Below are positions 42,416-53,096 of a stretch of 64,000 bases of DNA, one piece after another. Both the position numbers and the translations under genes were made by a program. The notes beneath the pieces are model-generated. The model did not search any database. It was not told the DNA's origin and saw only the letters and a program-made list of their open reading frames with translations. The first letter of the stretch is position 1. Each line of letters starts with the position of its first letter. The stretch is from assembly GCA_963823685.1 (NCBI GenBank), contig CAWGMM010000001.1, positions 60,355 through 124,354 of the forward strand. The letters run 5' to 3'. The DNA is from an uncultured Isosphaeraceae bacterium. Its GTDB lineage: Bacteria; Planctomycetota; Planctomycetia; Isosphaerales; Isosphaeraceae.

Positions 42416-43441
42416 TCAAGGGGAGTAAAGCGTCAGAGCCGGGGGCGGGTGAAGGGTCAGGCCGATTCCAGACAGCGGTTGGAGCTCCTCCAGTTCGGTC
42501 CGGCCGCCGACGATCAAGGGGGTGCGCTGGTGGACGCTCTCGGGAACGATGTCGAGAATCCGGCGGCGGCCGTCGGTGGCGAGGCCGCCGGCTTGCTCGA
42601 CGAGGAAGGCGATCGGGCTCGCCTCGTAGAGGAGCCGGAGCTTGCCGCCGGGATGGTCGGCGGTCGGCGGGTAAAGGAAGACGCCCCCCTTGAGAAGGGT
42701 CCGGTGGAAGTCCGCGACCATCGAGCCGATGTAGCGCAGGCTGTATCTTTCGGCCCAGGCCGCCCGGCTTGAGGCGATCGAGATAGGTCCGGTAGGCCGG
42801 CGGAAAGGCGTCGCTGTTGCCCTCGTTGACCGAGTAGTACGAGCCCTGGTCGGGGATGCGGATGTTCTCGTGGCTCAGGACGTAGGCGCCGATCGCGGGG
42901 TCGAGCGTGAACCCGTGGACGCCGTTGCCCACGCTGTAGACCAGCGTGGTCGAGGAACCGTACACCACGTAGCCCGCCGCCACCTGGCGGCTTCCCGGCT
43001 GGAGCAGCCAGCTCGTCACGTCGGATGTGTCGACCCCCTCCGGCCGACGCAGGATCGAGAAGGTCGTGCCCACGCTCACGTTCACGTCAATGTTCGATGA
43101 TCCATCGAGCGGATCGAAGATCACCGCGTAGCTGGCCCGCTCCGAGTGGTGCGGGACCGTGATCGGGTGGTCGTTCTCCTCGGAGGCGAGGATGCCGATG
43201 CTCTCGCGGACGCTCAGGCAGTGAAGGAGCACGTTGTTGGCGTAGACGTCGAGCTTCTGCTGGATCTCGCCCTGAACGTTGATCTCGCCCTCGCGCCGAG
43301 GATGTCGCTCAGGCCGGCGCGTCGGACCTTCGCCTGGATCATCTTGGTCGCCAGGGTGATTCCGGACAACAGCCACGAGAACTCGCCCGAGGCGCCGGGG
43401 AAACGCTTCTGGTCCTGGAGGATGTGTTGCTGAAGCGTCAA
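42416..43441 (-). pseudogene. fbp: fructose-1,6-bisphosphatase class 1, split over three frames
   Basis: N-terminus MTLQQHILQDQKRFPGASGEFSWLLSGI, middle NVQGEIQQKLDVYANN...DPLDGSSNIDVNVSVGT, C-terminus [17 protein letters not shown]...[11 protein letters not shown] lie in different frames. Confidence 0.7.
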
Positions 43442-43519
43442 GATCGGCCGATCGGGGAGCGGGCAGCCACTCCTCGACGCGCAGGGGCCGGGTCATGCCG
43501 GGTTTCGGATTCATGGGGA

Positions 43520-44770
43520 GGTTCCTCGATCGAACGGGAGAAGGGTTCGACACGATGGAATCGAGCCTACCAGTGCGGGCCGCGCTGGAGATAGACAGGA
43601 TCGGATCAAAGCACGCCCGCGGTGATCTCGGTCAGCGCATCGAGGAAGCTGTCGATGTCGTCCGTCGGTCGTGAACGGGCCGGGGCTGAGGCGAAGCGTG
43701 CCGTCGGGGAAGGTGCCGAGGGCGCGGTGGATGTAGGGGGCGCAGTGCAGGCCGGGCCGGACGGCGATCTCGAAGCTGGTGTCGAGGATCGAGCCGAGGT
43801 CCTGGGGCGTCAGAGGCGTCGGGGACGATCGAGCGACAGGGCGCCGACGTGGGTGGTCGGGTCCCAGCGGCCGGCGACCTGCCAGCCGTCGGCGGACTCG
43901 GCCCAGTCGACGACGCGCTCGAAGCAGGGCGACCTCGTGCCGGCGCAGGGTCTCGGGCCCGCGCTCGGCGACCCAGGCGACCCCGGCGGCCAGGCCCGGC
44001 GACGCCCAGGACGTTGGGCGTGCCCGCCTTCGAGATAAGTAGGGCAAGAGCGTCGGCTGGGTCTGGCTCGACGAGTCGCCGCCGGTGCCCCCCTCGCGCC
44101 AGGCGCGCAGGCTGGCGCGCGGGCCGACGTAGAGGACGCCGGTGCCGGTCGGTCCGTAGAGCGCCTTGTGGCCGGGGAAGGCCAGCAGGTCGATCGGCGT
44201 GGCCTGGAGGTCGATCGGCGACCACGCCCGCCGTCTGCGCGGCGTCGACCAGGTAAAGCGCCCCGGCCTCGCGGACGATCGCGCGCGATCGCCTCGATCG
44301 GCTGCACCGTCCCCAGCACGTTCGAGGCGTGCGTGTGCGCCACCAGGCGGGTCCGCGGCGTCAGGGCGCCGGCGGATCGCGTCGGGGTCGAGGTAGCCCT
44401 GATCGCGAGGCGACGCGCGTCAGCGTGATGACCCCGGCCTTTTCCAGGGCCCGCGAGCGGCCGGCTGATCGAGTTGTGCTCGAGGTCGGTGGTGATCGAC
44501 GTGGTCGCCCGGCCGCGATCACTCCCTTGATCGCCATGTTCAGGGCGTCGGTGCAGTTGAGCGTGAAGATCCAGCGCTCGGGCGCCTTCGCCGTGGAAGA
44601 ACTGGTTCAGGGCATGCCGCGCGTCGTCGAGCGCCCGCTCGGCCGGCGACCGCCATCCGATGCCCGGCCCGCCCGGGGTTGGCCAGCTGCGTGCGCGCGA
44701 AGCGGTCGAGGGCCTGGTAGACGGGCTCGGGCTTGGGAAAGCTGGTGGCGGCGTTGTCGAGGTAAATCAT
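43520..44770 (-). pseudogene. class V aminotransferase (cysteine desulfurase / SufS-like), multiply frameshifted
   Basis: [24 protein letters not shown] (N-terminus), AHTHASNVLGTVQPIEAIA (middle), IAVRPGLHCAPYIHRALG (C-terminus) in different frames. Confidence 0.6.
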
Positions 44771-44793
44771 GATCAGGGCCGTCCCGGCGGAAA

Positions 44794-45873
44794 TCAACTT
44801 CCCACGAACTGGGCGTAGAGCGTCCGGGCCTTGGCGATGTCGTTGGTCCCCTTGATGATGGCGCGGCCGTCGGGGAAGACGGTGAACTCGTGGCCCTCGG
44901 TGGCGAACCGGAGCATGAAGGCGTTGTGCCGGACATCGCCCAGGGGGGCGAGGCGTCGGGCCAGTTCGGGGAAGTCGAGCGGGCTCGGCCACGGCGGGTG
45001 GCGACCTGGACGGCGTTCCGGCCGCAGAGCGTCGTCGTGTGCGAGCCGAGGGCGCCGTCGAGCCACTCGAACTGGCGGCGCTGACAGCACGGACAATCGA
45101 CCTTGCCGAGCAGGCCGGCGACCTTGAGCCGGCGGAACGACCAGTCCCAGAGGTCGACCATGATCAGCTCGCGGTTCAGGGCGTCGATCGCGCCCGCTGA
45201 GGAGCTTGATCGCCTCGACGGCCTCGAACGACGCGATCACGGCGACCGCCGGGCCGAGCACGCCGGCCGTCTCGCAGGTCGGGGTCATCCCGGGCGGCGG
45301 GCTGGTCTCGATCAGGCAGCGGATGCACGGGGTCTGCCCGGGCAGGATCGTCATCGTCTGCCCTTCGCTGCCGATCACGCCGCCGAAGATCCACGGCTTG
45401 CCGAGCTTCACCGCCGCGTCGTTGATCAGGTAGCGGGTCTCGAAGTTGTCGGTCCCGTCGAGGATCAGGTCGGCGTCGCCCACCAGGTCGAGGATGTTGG
45501 TGTGGTCGATGTCGGTCACGACCGGCTCGATCGTCGATCGTGCTGTTGATCTGCGCGGAGCTTGCGCGCGGCGGCCTCGGCCTTGGGCAGGTTGTCGGCG
45601 ACGTCGTGACTCGTCGAAGAGGATCTGGCGCTGGAGGTTGTGCGTCTCGATGAAGTCGCGGTCGACGATCCGGATCCGGCCCACCCCGGCGCGGGCCAGG
45701 TGGTTGGCCAGCACCGTCCCGAGCGCACCGCAGCCGCAGATCGTGACCCGGCTGGCCATCAGACGCCGCTGGCCGGCCTCGCCCAGCGCCGGGAAGCGGA
45801 CCTGGCGGCTGTAGCGATCGAGTGATTCGGCGTCGAGGTCAACGGCCATGGTCTCTGGGATATCCACGGACAA
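44794..45873 (-). pseudogene. ThiF/MoeB/MoeZ-type E1-like adenylyltransferase, frameshifted
   Basis: LDRYSRQVRFPALGEAGQRRLMASRVTICGCGALG; C-terminal CPCC...C Zn motif in a second frame. Confidence 0.65.
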
Positions 45874-45916
45874 GACGATGCTTGGCTTGCGGCGGACGGA
45901 AGAACGAGGGCCTGGC

Positions 45917-46195
45917 TCAGCCCCCGGCCACGGCGGGGATGATGCTCACCTCGTCGCCCGCGGCGACGGCGGTGGCCAGGTCGTCGAGGTAGCGGATGTC
46001 CTCGTTGTTGACGTACACGTTGACGAACCGGCGGAGCTCCGCGCCGTCGAAGATGCCGCTCGCGGAGCGCGGGGTACTGTTCGCCGAGGTCGGCGAGGAC
46101 CTCGCCGACGGTGGCACCCGTCGGCCTCGACGACGTCGTGGCCGCCGGCGTGGGGGCGGAGCGGGGTGGGGATGCGGACCTGCGGCATGGTGAAG
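45917..46195 (-). CDS. ThiS/MoaD/CysO-like sulfur-carrier protein (C-terminal GG), frameshifted near the N-terminus
   Basis: ...[35 protein letters not shown]-stop; N-terminal [12 protein letters not shown] is in an adjacent frame. Confidence 0.55.
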   Translation of the reverse strand, partial: LHHAAGPHPHPAPPPRRRPRRRRGRRVPPSARSSPTSANSTPRSASGIFDGAELRRFVNVYVNNEDIRYLDDLATAVAAGDEVSIIPAVAGG

Positions 46196-46307
46196 TCGTT
46201 CCCTTCTGGCGATCGTTCGCGGAATCGACGATTCCGTCGACGCCGGTTCCGCGTCGGTCCGAGTTCCGGGGGACCGACCCGGACGAGCTTACCCTCGAGA
46301 TCGACTA

Positions 46308-47700
46308 TCAGGCGCCGCGCCGGCGAGCTCGGGGCTGGCGGCGGCGGGCTCGAGCTCGTGGGCATGGCCGTGAGCGGCCGACCAGGGCCTCGAAGGCGTC
46401 GAGGCTGGGCTTGATGACGACCGGCCGCGCGATCCGGTCGATCAGGGCTTCCTGGGTCTTCAGGCCGTTGCCGGTGATGCAGAGGACGGTCGAGCCGTCG
46501 CGATCGATCCGGCCCTGCTCGATCAGCTTCTGGGCGACGGCCAGGGTGACGCCGCCGGCGGTCTCGGCCCAGATCCCCTCGGTCTCGGCCAGGAGCTTCA
46601 TCGCGTCGACGATCGCGTCGTCGTCGACGTCCTCGCTCCAGCCGCCCGAGTCGCGGATCAGCTGCGAGGCGAAGTAGCCGTCGGCCGGGTCGCCGATCGC
46701 CAGGCTCTTGGCGATCGTGTTCGGGTTGCGGATCGGCTTGACCTTGAACGCCTCGGTCTTGACCGTGTTCGAGATCGGGTTGCAGCCGGTCGCCTGGGCG
46801 CCGAACATCCGGGTGCGTGACCGGCCCGTCGATCAGGCCGAGCTTCTCGAACTCCTTGAGCGCCTTGAGCAGCTTGCCGATCAGGCTGCCGCCGGCCATC
46901 GGGGCGACGACGTGGTCGGGTGCGCGCCAGCCGAGGTCCTCGGCGATCTCGAAGCCCATCGACTTCGACCCCTCGGCGTAGAACGGCCGGAGGTTCACGT
47001 TGACGAACCCCCAGCCGAACCGGAAGGCGATCTGCGAGCAGAGGCGGTTGACGTGGTCGTAGTTTCCCTCGATCGCGATCACCTTGGCGCCGTAGATCGT
47101 GGCGCCGAGGACCTTGCCCTGCTCGAGGCCGTCGGGGATCAGGACGTAGGCCTCGAGCCCGGCGGCGGCGGCGTTGGCCGCGACGCTGCCGGCGAGGTTG
47201 CCCGTCGAGGCGCAGCCGACCGTCTGGAAGCCGAGCTCGACCGCCTTGGAAAGCGCCACGGCGACCACCCGGTCCTTGAACGAGAGCGTCGGGTGGTTCA
47301 CCGCGTCGTTCTTGATGTAAAGCTCGCGCACGCCCGAGCACCTTGGCCAGCCGGTCGGCCCGGATCAGCGGGGTGCCGCCGACGTGCCGGCCGACGGTCG
47401 GCTCGCCGTCGACCGGCAGGAGCTCGCGATACCGCCACATCGTCCGCGGCCGGCTCTCGATCGCCCGGCGGCTCAGGGTCCGCGCCACCGCCTCGTAGTC
47501 GTAGCGACTTCGAGCGGCCCGAAGTCGTCGGTGCAGAAGTTGAGCGCTTCCTTGGGATAGAGCTTGCCGCAGAGGCGACACTTCAGAGTCCGCGAACAAG
47601 TTCAGACACCGGCGATCCTCCTCTTCAATGCGAGACCGTTCTCGGGCAGGCGACGCGAACGCCGGTCCAGACGGAGGCGAGGCCGTCGAAGACACGCGTC
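46308..47700 (-). pseudogene. threonine synthase-like PLP enzyme with N-terminal Cys4 zinc ribbon, multiply frameshifted; candidate O-phosphohomoserine-dependent homocysteine synthase
   Basis: KCRLCGKLYPKEALNFCTDD (Zn ribbon), MWRYRELLPVDG...GGTPLI, LYIKNDAVNHPTLSFKDR (PLP lysine), C-terminus KMFGAQATGCNPI... lie in three frames; GAGGAGG RBS before a GTG near 47690. Confidence 0.6.
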
Positions 47701-47809
47701 GTGTTCGTTCGCAGCAACCTGAGAGGCACAGATCGAGAAGATGAGGGGATAGGGCAAGTATAAGGAGGGTCACTGGGCTCGCGGAGAGAAATCCGCGGCC
47801 ACGGAAGAC

Positions 47810-47968
47810 CATCTTATCTGTCCCATCGGCGTTCTCGGTCGGCCGCAGATCAGTCGCGGCGATCTCGAACAAAACGCTGGGCAGGAGTTAGCACCAGCAT
47901 TCGCCATGGTGGCGAACCGGTTGCTGTGGCGTCGCAGGGCCCGTCCCTCAGCCACTCTGGATAAGATG
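47810..47968 (-). promoter_or_regulatory. SAM-I riboswitch (S-box) in the leader of the thrC-like operon
   Basis: Minus-strand sequence CATCTTATCCAGAGTGGCTGAGGGACGGGCCCTGCGACGCCACAGCAACC...GGTGCTAACTCCTGCCCAG...GATAAGATG matches the SAM-I consensus (P1 pairing, GAGGGA, GGCCC, GCAACC, GGTGCTAA). Confidence 0.75.
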
Positions 47969-48070
47969 CGCACCAAATTGTGATGCCGCAAGTGTATCCC
48001 CCGCGAAACGGCCGAGTCAAGTCGGAACCGCGTTCGCGATGGATTTTGCCGGGTCGATCGTGGCGCGGAT

Positions 48071-48853
48071 TCAGGCGTTTCCGGTCAGGACCCGATCACG
48101 CAGGGCCGGAAACTCGCCGCGGGCGCGGGCGACGGCCGGGACGTCGATCTCGAACGTGAGCAACGTCTCGGCCTCGCCGGCCTCGGCGATGACGTTGCCG
48201 GCGGGATCGACCGCCAGGCTCCCCCCGGCCAGGGTCACGCCGCCGTGCGAGCCGGCGCCGCAGCAGGCGATGACGAACGCCTGGTTCTCGATCGTGGCGC
48301 GCCCGGTTCAGAAGCCGCCACGCCTCGCGCCGCGCGGCCGGCCAGGCGGCGACATTCAGGAGGACCTCGGCCCCCTGATCGATCAATCGACGATACAGCT
48401 CGGGAAACCGCAGGTCGTAGCAGATCGACAGGCCGAGCTTGCCCAGCGGGGTCGACGCGACGACGACCTCATCGCCGGGGCTGATCAGCGGCGCTCCTGC
48501 GACTGGTAGCCAAACAGGTGGATCTTGCGATAAACCGCCCCGATCCGGCCCCCCGGGTCGATCAGGACGCTCGTGTTGTGGAGCGTCTCGCCGGCGCGTT
48601 CGACCACGCTGCCGGCGCAGACGAACGCGCCGATCGACGCGGCCCGGTCGCGAATCGACCGGAGCGTCGGGCCGTCGAGCGGCTCGCTCTCATCGGCGTA
48701 CCGCGCGAAGGCGAAGTAGCCGGTCGGCCAGAGTTCGGGCATGACCACCAGGTCGCTTCCCCGCGCCTGGTCCAGCATCGCCAGCGCATGGGCCATCGAT
48801 TCTTCGCGGGTGGCCCCGTCCCGGTTGGCCATCTGGATGATCGAGACTCGCAT
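48071..48853 (-). pseudogene. carbon-nitrogen hydrolase (nitrilase superfamily), frameshifted
   Basis: MRVSIIQMA...VVMPELWPTGY (N-terminus) and LLNVAAWPAARREAWRLLNRARAIENQAFVIA (C-terminus) in different frames. Confidence 0.6.
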
Positions 48854-48968
48854 GACGGCGAAACACCCCCCTGCCCCTGTTCAAGACGCTTCCGACGTAT
48901 GATACTGCACGCCATCGATCTTTTAAGCCTTACGTGCCGTGGATTCCTTGATCAAACGAGGCAACGCC

Positions 48969-50223
48969 ATGTACCAGGAGCGACGCAAACTCTCCGTGCT
49001 CGCCGCCGCCAGCGCGGTGGTCGTCATTGTGAGCGGTCTGACGTGGCTGGGGCTCGGAGCGCCGCCGGGCGCAGGACGAGCCGATTGACGTCCCGAAGGC
49101 CAAGGCGCTCTTCCAGCGTCAGCAGAACGGAGAAACGCTCACCGAACCGGAAAAAGCCTACATCGAGCGGGTCAAGAAGGAGGTTCAGAAACGCCAGGCC
49201 GGCGGCGCGGGCGGAGCCGGGCCGTCGATCGCGCAGCCGGTGCCGGTGCCGCCGCCCACGAGCTCGACCGGCCTGGTGCCGCTGACCGACCTGAACGGTC
49301 CGGCGTACAAGGGCGAGGACGGCGGCCTCTACGGCGGCGGCCGGAACGAGCCCCCCGAGGCGCATCGCGCGTCGGTTGCGGCCGAGGTCGCGAAGATCGA
49401 GCCCCTCGATGCCGACGGCCGCCCCGCATCGGTGGAAAAGGGGGGCAAGATCGCGTTCCTCTCGATCGGGATGTCGAACACGACCCAGGAATTCTCGGCC
49501 TTCATGAAGCTGGCCGCGGCCGACCCGCGGAAGTCGCCCGCGGTGGTGCTGGTCGATGGAGCGCAGGGCGGTCGGGTGGCGTCGGTCTGGGCCAACGACG
49601 GCGACGGCAACCGCGGCCCCGACCCCTGGCCGGTCCTCGACCAGCGGCTCAAGGCCGCCGGAGTCAGCCCGCTCCAGGTCCAGGTCGCCTGGATCAAGCA
49701 CGCGCAGAACGCCCCCCACACCCTGGCCGACTTTCCCCGGATGATGCACGCGCAGTACCTCGCCAACAACATCATGCTCACCGCGCAACGGCTACGGAAG
49801 CGGTTTCCCAACCTGCGGGTGGCCTACCTTTCGAGCCGGATCTACGCCGGGTACGCGACCACGCCCCTGAATCCCGAGCCCTACGCCTATGAAGGCGCGT
49901 TCGCCAACCGGTGGGTGATCCAGGCCCAGATCAAGGGCGACCCGCTCCTGAACTTCGACAAGGCCCGAGGGCCCGTGCTGGCCCCGGCCCTGGTCTGGGG
50001 ACCGTATCTCTGGGCCGATGGCGTCAAGCCGCGTCAGGGGGATCACCTGGTCTGGCTCCGCGAGGACCTCAGCCCCAGGGACGGCACCCACCCCAGCGAC
50101 GCCGGCCGCGAGAAGGTCGCCCGGCTCCTGCTCGACTTCGTCCACCGCAACCCGCTGGCCAGCCCCTGGTACCTGGGAAACGCGGCCCGAGAGGGATCGA
50201 CCGAGCCGGCCCCGGTCCGGTAA
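48969..50223 (+). CDS. secreted SGNH/GDSL-like hydrolase-fold protein (probable frameshift after the signal peptide near 49070)
   Basis: Signal/TM MYQERRKLSVLAAASAVVVIVSGL at 48969 in a different frame from the main ORF; IAFLSIGMSNT block resembles SGNH block I. Confidence 0.4.
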
Positions 50224-50309
50224 AATCGACGCTTTACCGCTGTCACCGTCGCTGACGCGTCACGCGGCGGTCCCACCGACCCTTTGTTCGTATCGCGCAG
50301 GGAGATCGC

Positions 50310-51038
50310 ATGAGTGGATCCAAGTTGGCCGCGTTCGGCGCGGCACTGGTTGTGACGGCGGGTTTCGGCCTCGGGCTCGGTATGAACCTGGCCACGGCCC
50401 AGGACCCGAAGGGCGCGGCCGCCACCAAGGGGGCTGACTCCGATTTCAAGGACCTGCGTCAAAAAGCGAGCTACGGCCTGGGCGTCCGGGTCGGCAAGAG
50501 CCTGCTGTCCCAGTCGGCCGACATCGACACCGCGCTGTTCGCCCGCGGCCTGACCGAAGCCCTGGAAGGCAAGCCCTCCAAGCTCACCGATCAGCAGATC
50601 CAGGACACCCTGGTCGCCTTCCAGAAGGAGATGATCGAAAAGAAGTCCAAGGAGGGCGAAACCTTCCTCGCCGAGAACAAGAAGAAGCCGGGTGTGAAGA
50701 CCCTGGAAAGCGGTCTTCAGTACAAGGTCCTCAAGGACGGGACCGGCAAGGTCCCCAAGGCCACCGACAACGTCACCGTCAACTACGAGGGCCGTTTGAT
50801 CGACAACACCGTCTTCGATAGCTCGGCCAACCACGGCGGACCCGCCAGCTTCCAGGTCGGCGGCGTCATCAAGGGATTCTCCGAGGCCCTCCAGCACATG
50901 AAGGCCGGCTCGAAGTGGCAGGTCTACATCCCCGCCGGCCTCGCCTACGGCGCCAGCCCGCCCCCCGGAAGCAAGATCACCCCCAACGCCCCCTTGATCT
51001 TTGATCTCGAGCTCGTCGAGGTCAAGGAAGCCAAGTAA
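50310..51038 (+). CDS. FKBP-type peptidyl-prolyl cis-trans isomerase (FkpA-like, periplasmic)
   Basis: Signal peptide; N-terminal dimerisation helix; FKBP domain TLESGLQYKVLKDGTG...VTVNYEGRLIDNTVFDSS...GGVIKGFSEAL...IPAGLAYG...IFDLELVEV. Confidence 0.85.
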   Translation: MSGSKLAAFGAALVVTAGFGLGLGMNLATAQDPKGAAATKGADSDFKDLRQKASYGLGVRVGKSLLSQSADIDTALFARGLTEALEGKPSKLTDQQIQDTLVAFQKEMIEKKSKEGETFLAENKKKPGVKTLESGLQYKVLKDGTGKVPKATDNVTVNYEGRLIDNTVFDSSANHGGPASFQVGGVIKGFSEALQHMKAGSKWQVYIPAGLAYGASPPPGSKITPNAPLIFDLELVEVKEAK

Positions 51039-51468
51039 ACCGCGGCGCTCTGTTGTGTTGTGCTACGCGGCGCGGCGCGGCGAAGGATTCGCCCCGCGCT
51101 CATCCAGGACATTCGAAACCTCGGGTCCGCTCCGGCGGACCTGGTCGGTTCCTTGAAAAAATCGAGGCACCCGATGGATTCCGGGGTGCGGCCCCGGAAA
51201 AGGAAAATCCGACAAGCCGCCGACCCTTCGTAGGGTCCGCTCGGCGGACCCTACACGCTCCCCCTCCCAGGCCAACGACCTCCCACCAACGCACTCATGT
51301 TCGTAAGTGTTGAGATTTTCATCCAGAAAAGGTGAAGATCTTCTCCAGACTGCGCCGATACCCCAGAACGGACGGTGACGCCGCCGTCCCTCGTTCCGCC
51401 GCGCCACGCACACGCGCCCGGAGCCTGGTGCTGGACAGCCTGAGACTTACGACCACGAGGCCGTTGCC

Positions 51469-52668
51469 ATGATCGCCACCCTGGACGTGCTCGACGCCCC
51501 GAGCGCACCCGAGACCACGAGTGAGACCGACGCCCCCCGCCCTCGCAAGCGCGGCGGCGGACCGAAAACCGAGGAAGGCAAGAACATCGCGCACCGCAAC
51601 GCGATGAAGCACAGCCTGCGGGCCAGGCTCGTCCTCCCCGATGAGCTTGAAACGGCCTATCATGAGACCAGGACCGCGTACTTCGATGAGCTCAAGCCTG
51701 TCGGCCGGGTCGAGCAACAGCTTGTCAGCCGGATGGCGTTCACGTCGGTTCAGCTTGAACGATCGGCCGAGCTGGCGATCTCGGACCTCCGCCGCGTGAT
51801 CGATCGCGCCGAGAACTTCTGGGACCTCGACCGACAAACCCAGGTCGATAACCTGGACAAGCGCCTCAAGAAGGACCCCGAGCGGATCGCGCACCGGCTG
51901 GAACGGTACACCCAGGGAGCCGACTGGCTGATTGATCGCTGGGAAGGGTTGGCCGACGCACTTCGGACCAATGGCCGCTGGGACGACACTCAGCGCGACC
52001 TGGCGTTTGACCTGCTGGGCGTCTCGAAGGCCCTCCGCGACGGTCACGCGAAGGTCCCCGCGCCTGATGACCGCAACGGCCTGATGACCCTGGTCAAGGA
52101 CGAGATCGGGCGTCTGTGGGACGAGCAGCGGGCGACCCTGAACCGGCTCGATATGCATGAACAGGACCTTGCCTGTTGCGGGATGCCGGTCGAGGCGGAC
52201 GCCGAGACGAAACGTCTGCGGAAATATGACTCGGACCTGAGCCGCGAGTGGCGGTGGGCGTACGATCAACTGTTCAAGTTACGTTCTGATCCCTCGCGGC
52301 TGGCGAAGGTGGAAGCGCGGCTGGCGAAGTGCCCGTTGCCCATTGATGGGGTGGTATCGGAGCGGGTTGGGGAGTCGGTCGCGCCGAGCAACACACCCGT
52401 GATGATCGAGGATGACGCCGACCAGTTGATCTGGTCGGACGCCGAGGCGCTGGCCAGGGCGATGGCCGAGCTGGAGGCGATGGAGGAAACCGACGAGGAG
52501 GAAGCGGCGGAAGAGGAAACGCCGGTGCCGGCGCCGGTGTCGGCTCCTCCCGCGCCGCGGCCGTCGGTTCCGTCGTTCGTGCCGTCGGGAGCGAAGGGCG
52601 GGAATCGCCGTCAGCGGCGAGCCGCCGAGAAGCGGGCGCGCCAGAAAGCGCGTCGATCGACCCGCTGA
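51469..52668 (+). CDS. hypothetical protein with Glu/Ala-rich acidic tail and C-terminal basic patch
   Basis: ORF only; intact 399-aa frame. Confidence 0.35.
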   Translation: MIATLDVLDAPSAPETTSETDAPRPRKRGGGPKTEEGKNIAHRNAMKHSLRARLVLPDELETAYHETRTAYFDELKPVGRVEQQLVSRMAFTSVQLERSAELAISDLRRVIDRAENFWDLDRQTQVDNLDKRLKKDPERIAHRLERYTQGADWLIDRWEGLADALRTNGRWDDTQRDLAFDLLGVSKALRDGHAKVPAPDDRNGLMTLVKDEIGRLWDEQRATLNRLDMHEQDLACCGMPVEADAETKRLRKYDSDLSREWRWAYDQLFKLRSDPSRLAKVEARLAKCPLPIDGVVSERVGESVAPSNTPVMIEDDADQLIWSDAEALARAMAELEAMEETDEEEAAEEETPVPAPVSAPPAPRPSVPSFVPSGAKGGNRRQRRAAEKRARQKARRSTR

Positions 52669-52917
52669 GGGTCGATCGCGGTACAAAACGGAGTCGGTTC
52701 GACGACCGGAGCCGCCCGAAAGACGTCCCCGGCTGTTCGGCTGCGCACCCGGCGCGGATTCGCGCCTCGGAACGGGCCGAAATCCCGATATTGAAGAGAG
52801 AGGAACGCGTGAAATCGGGCCGATCGCCGACCAGATCAGGCGCCGTTGGGTTCGGAAGACAGGGGTGGCACGGGCTGTAACGATGGCGCGGGTGGGTTGG
52901 TGGCGGGTCGATCGCGA

Positions 52918-52959
52918 TCCGGTACGAACGAACTCGACGCCGGTACGAACGAACTCGAC
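52918..52959. repeat. tandem duplication, 2 x 21 bp (cggtacgaacgaactcgacgc), upstream of the PSCyt1 gene
   Basis: Direct reading of the sequence. Confidence 0.8.
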
Positions 52960-53096
52960 GCCCTGCTCCCAGCGCGGATGGCCCGCGTCGATGCGACGAC
53001 GATTGTTAAACTTTCTCTTTCGGCATCCTCCGCCGTTCGCTTACAATCGATGCGATCGAGCGGCCCTGGTGAGCGAAGATCGAGGAGCATCGGCCA

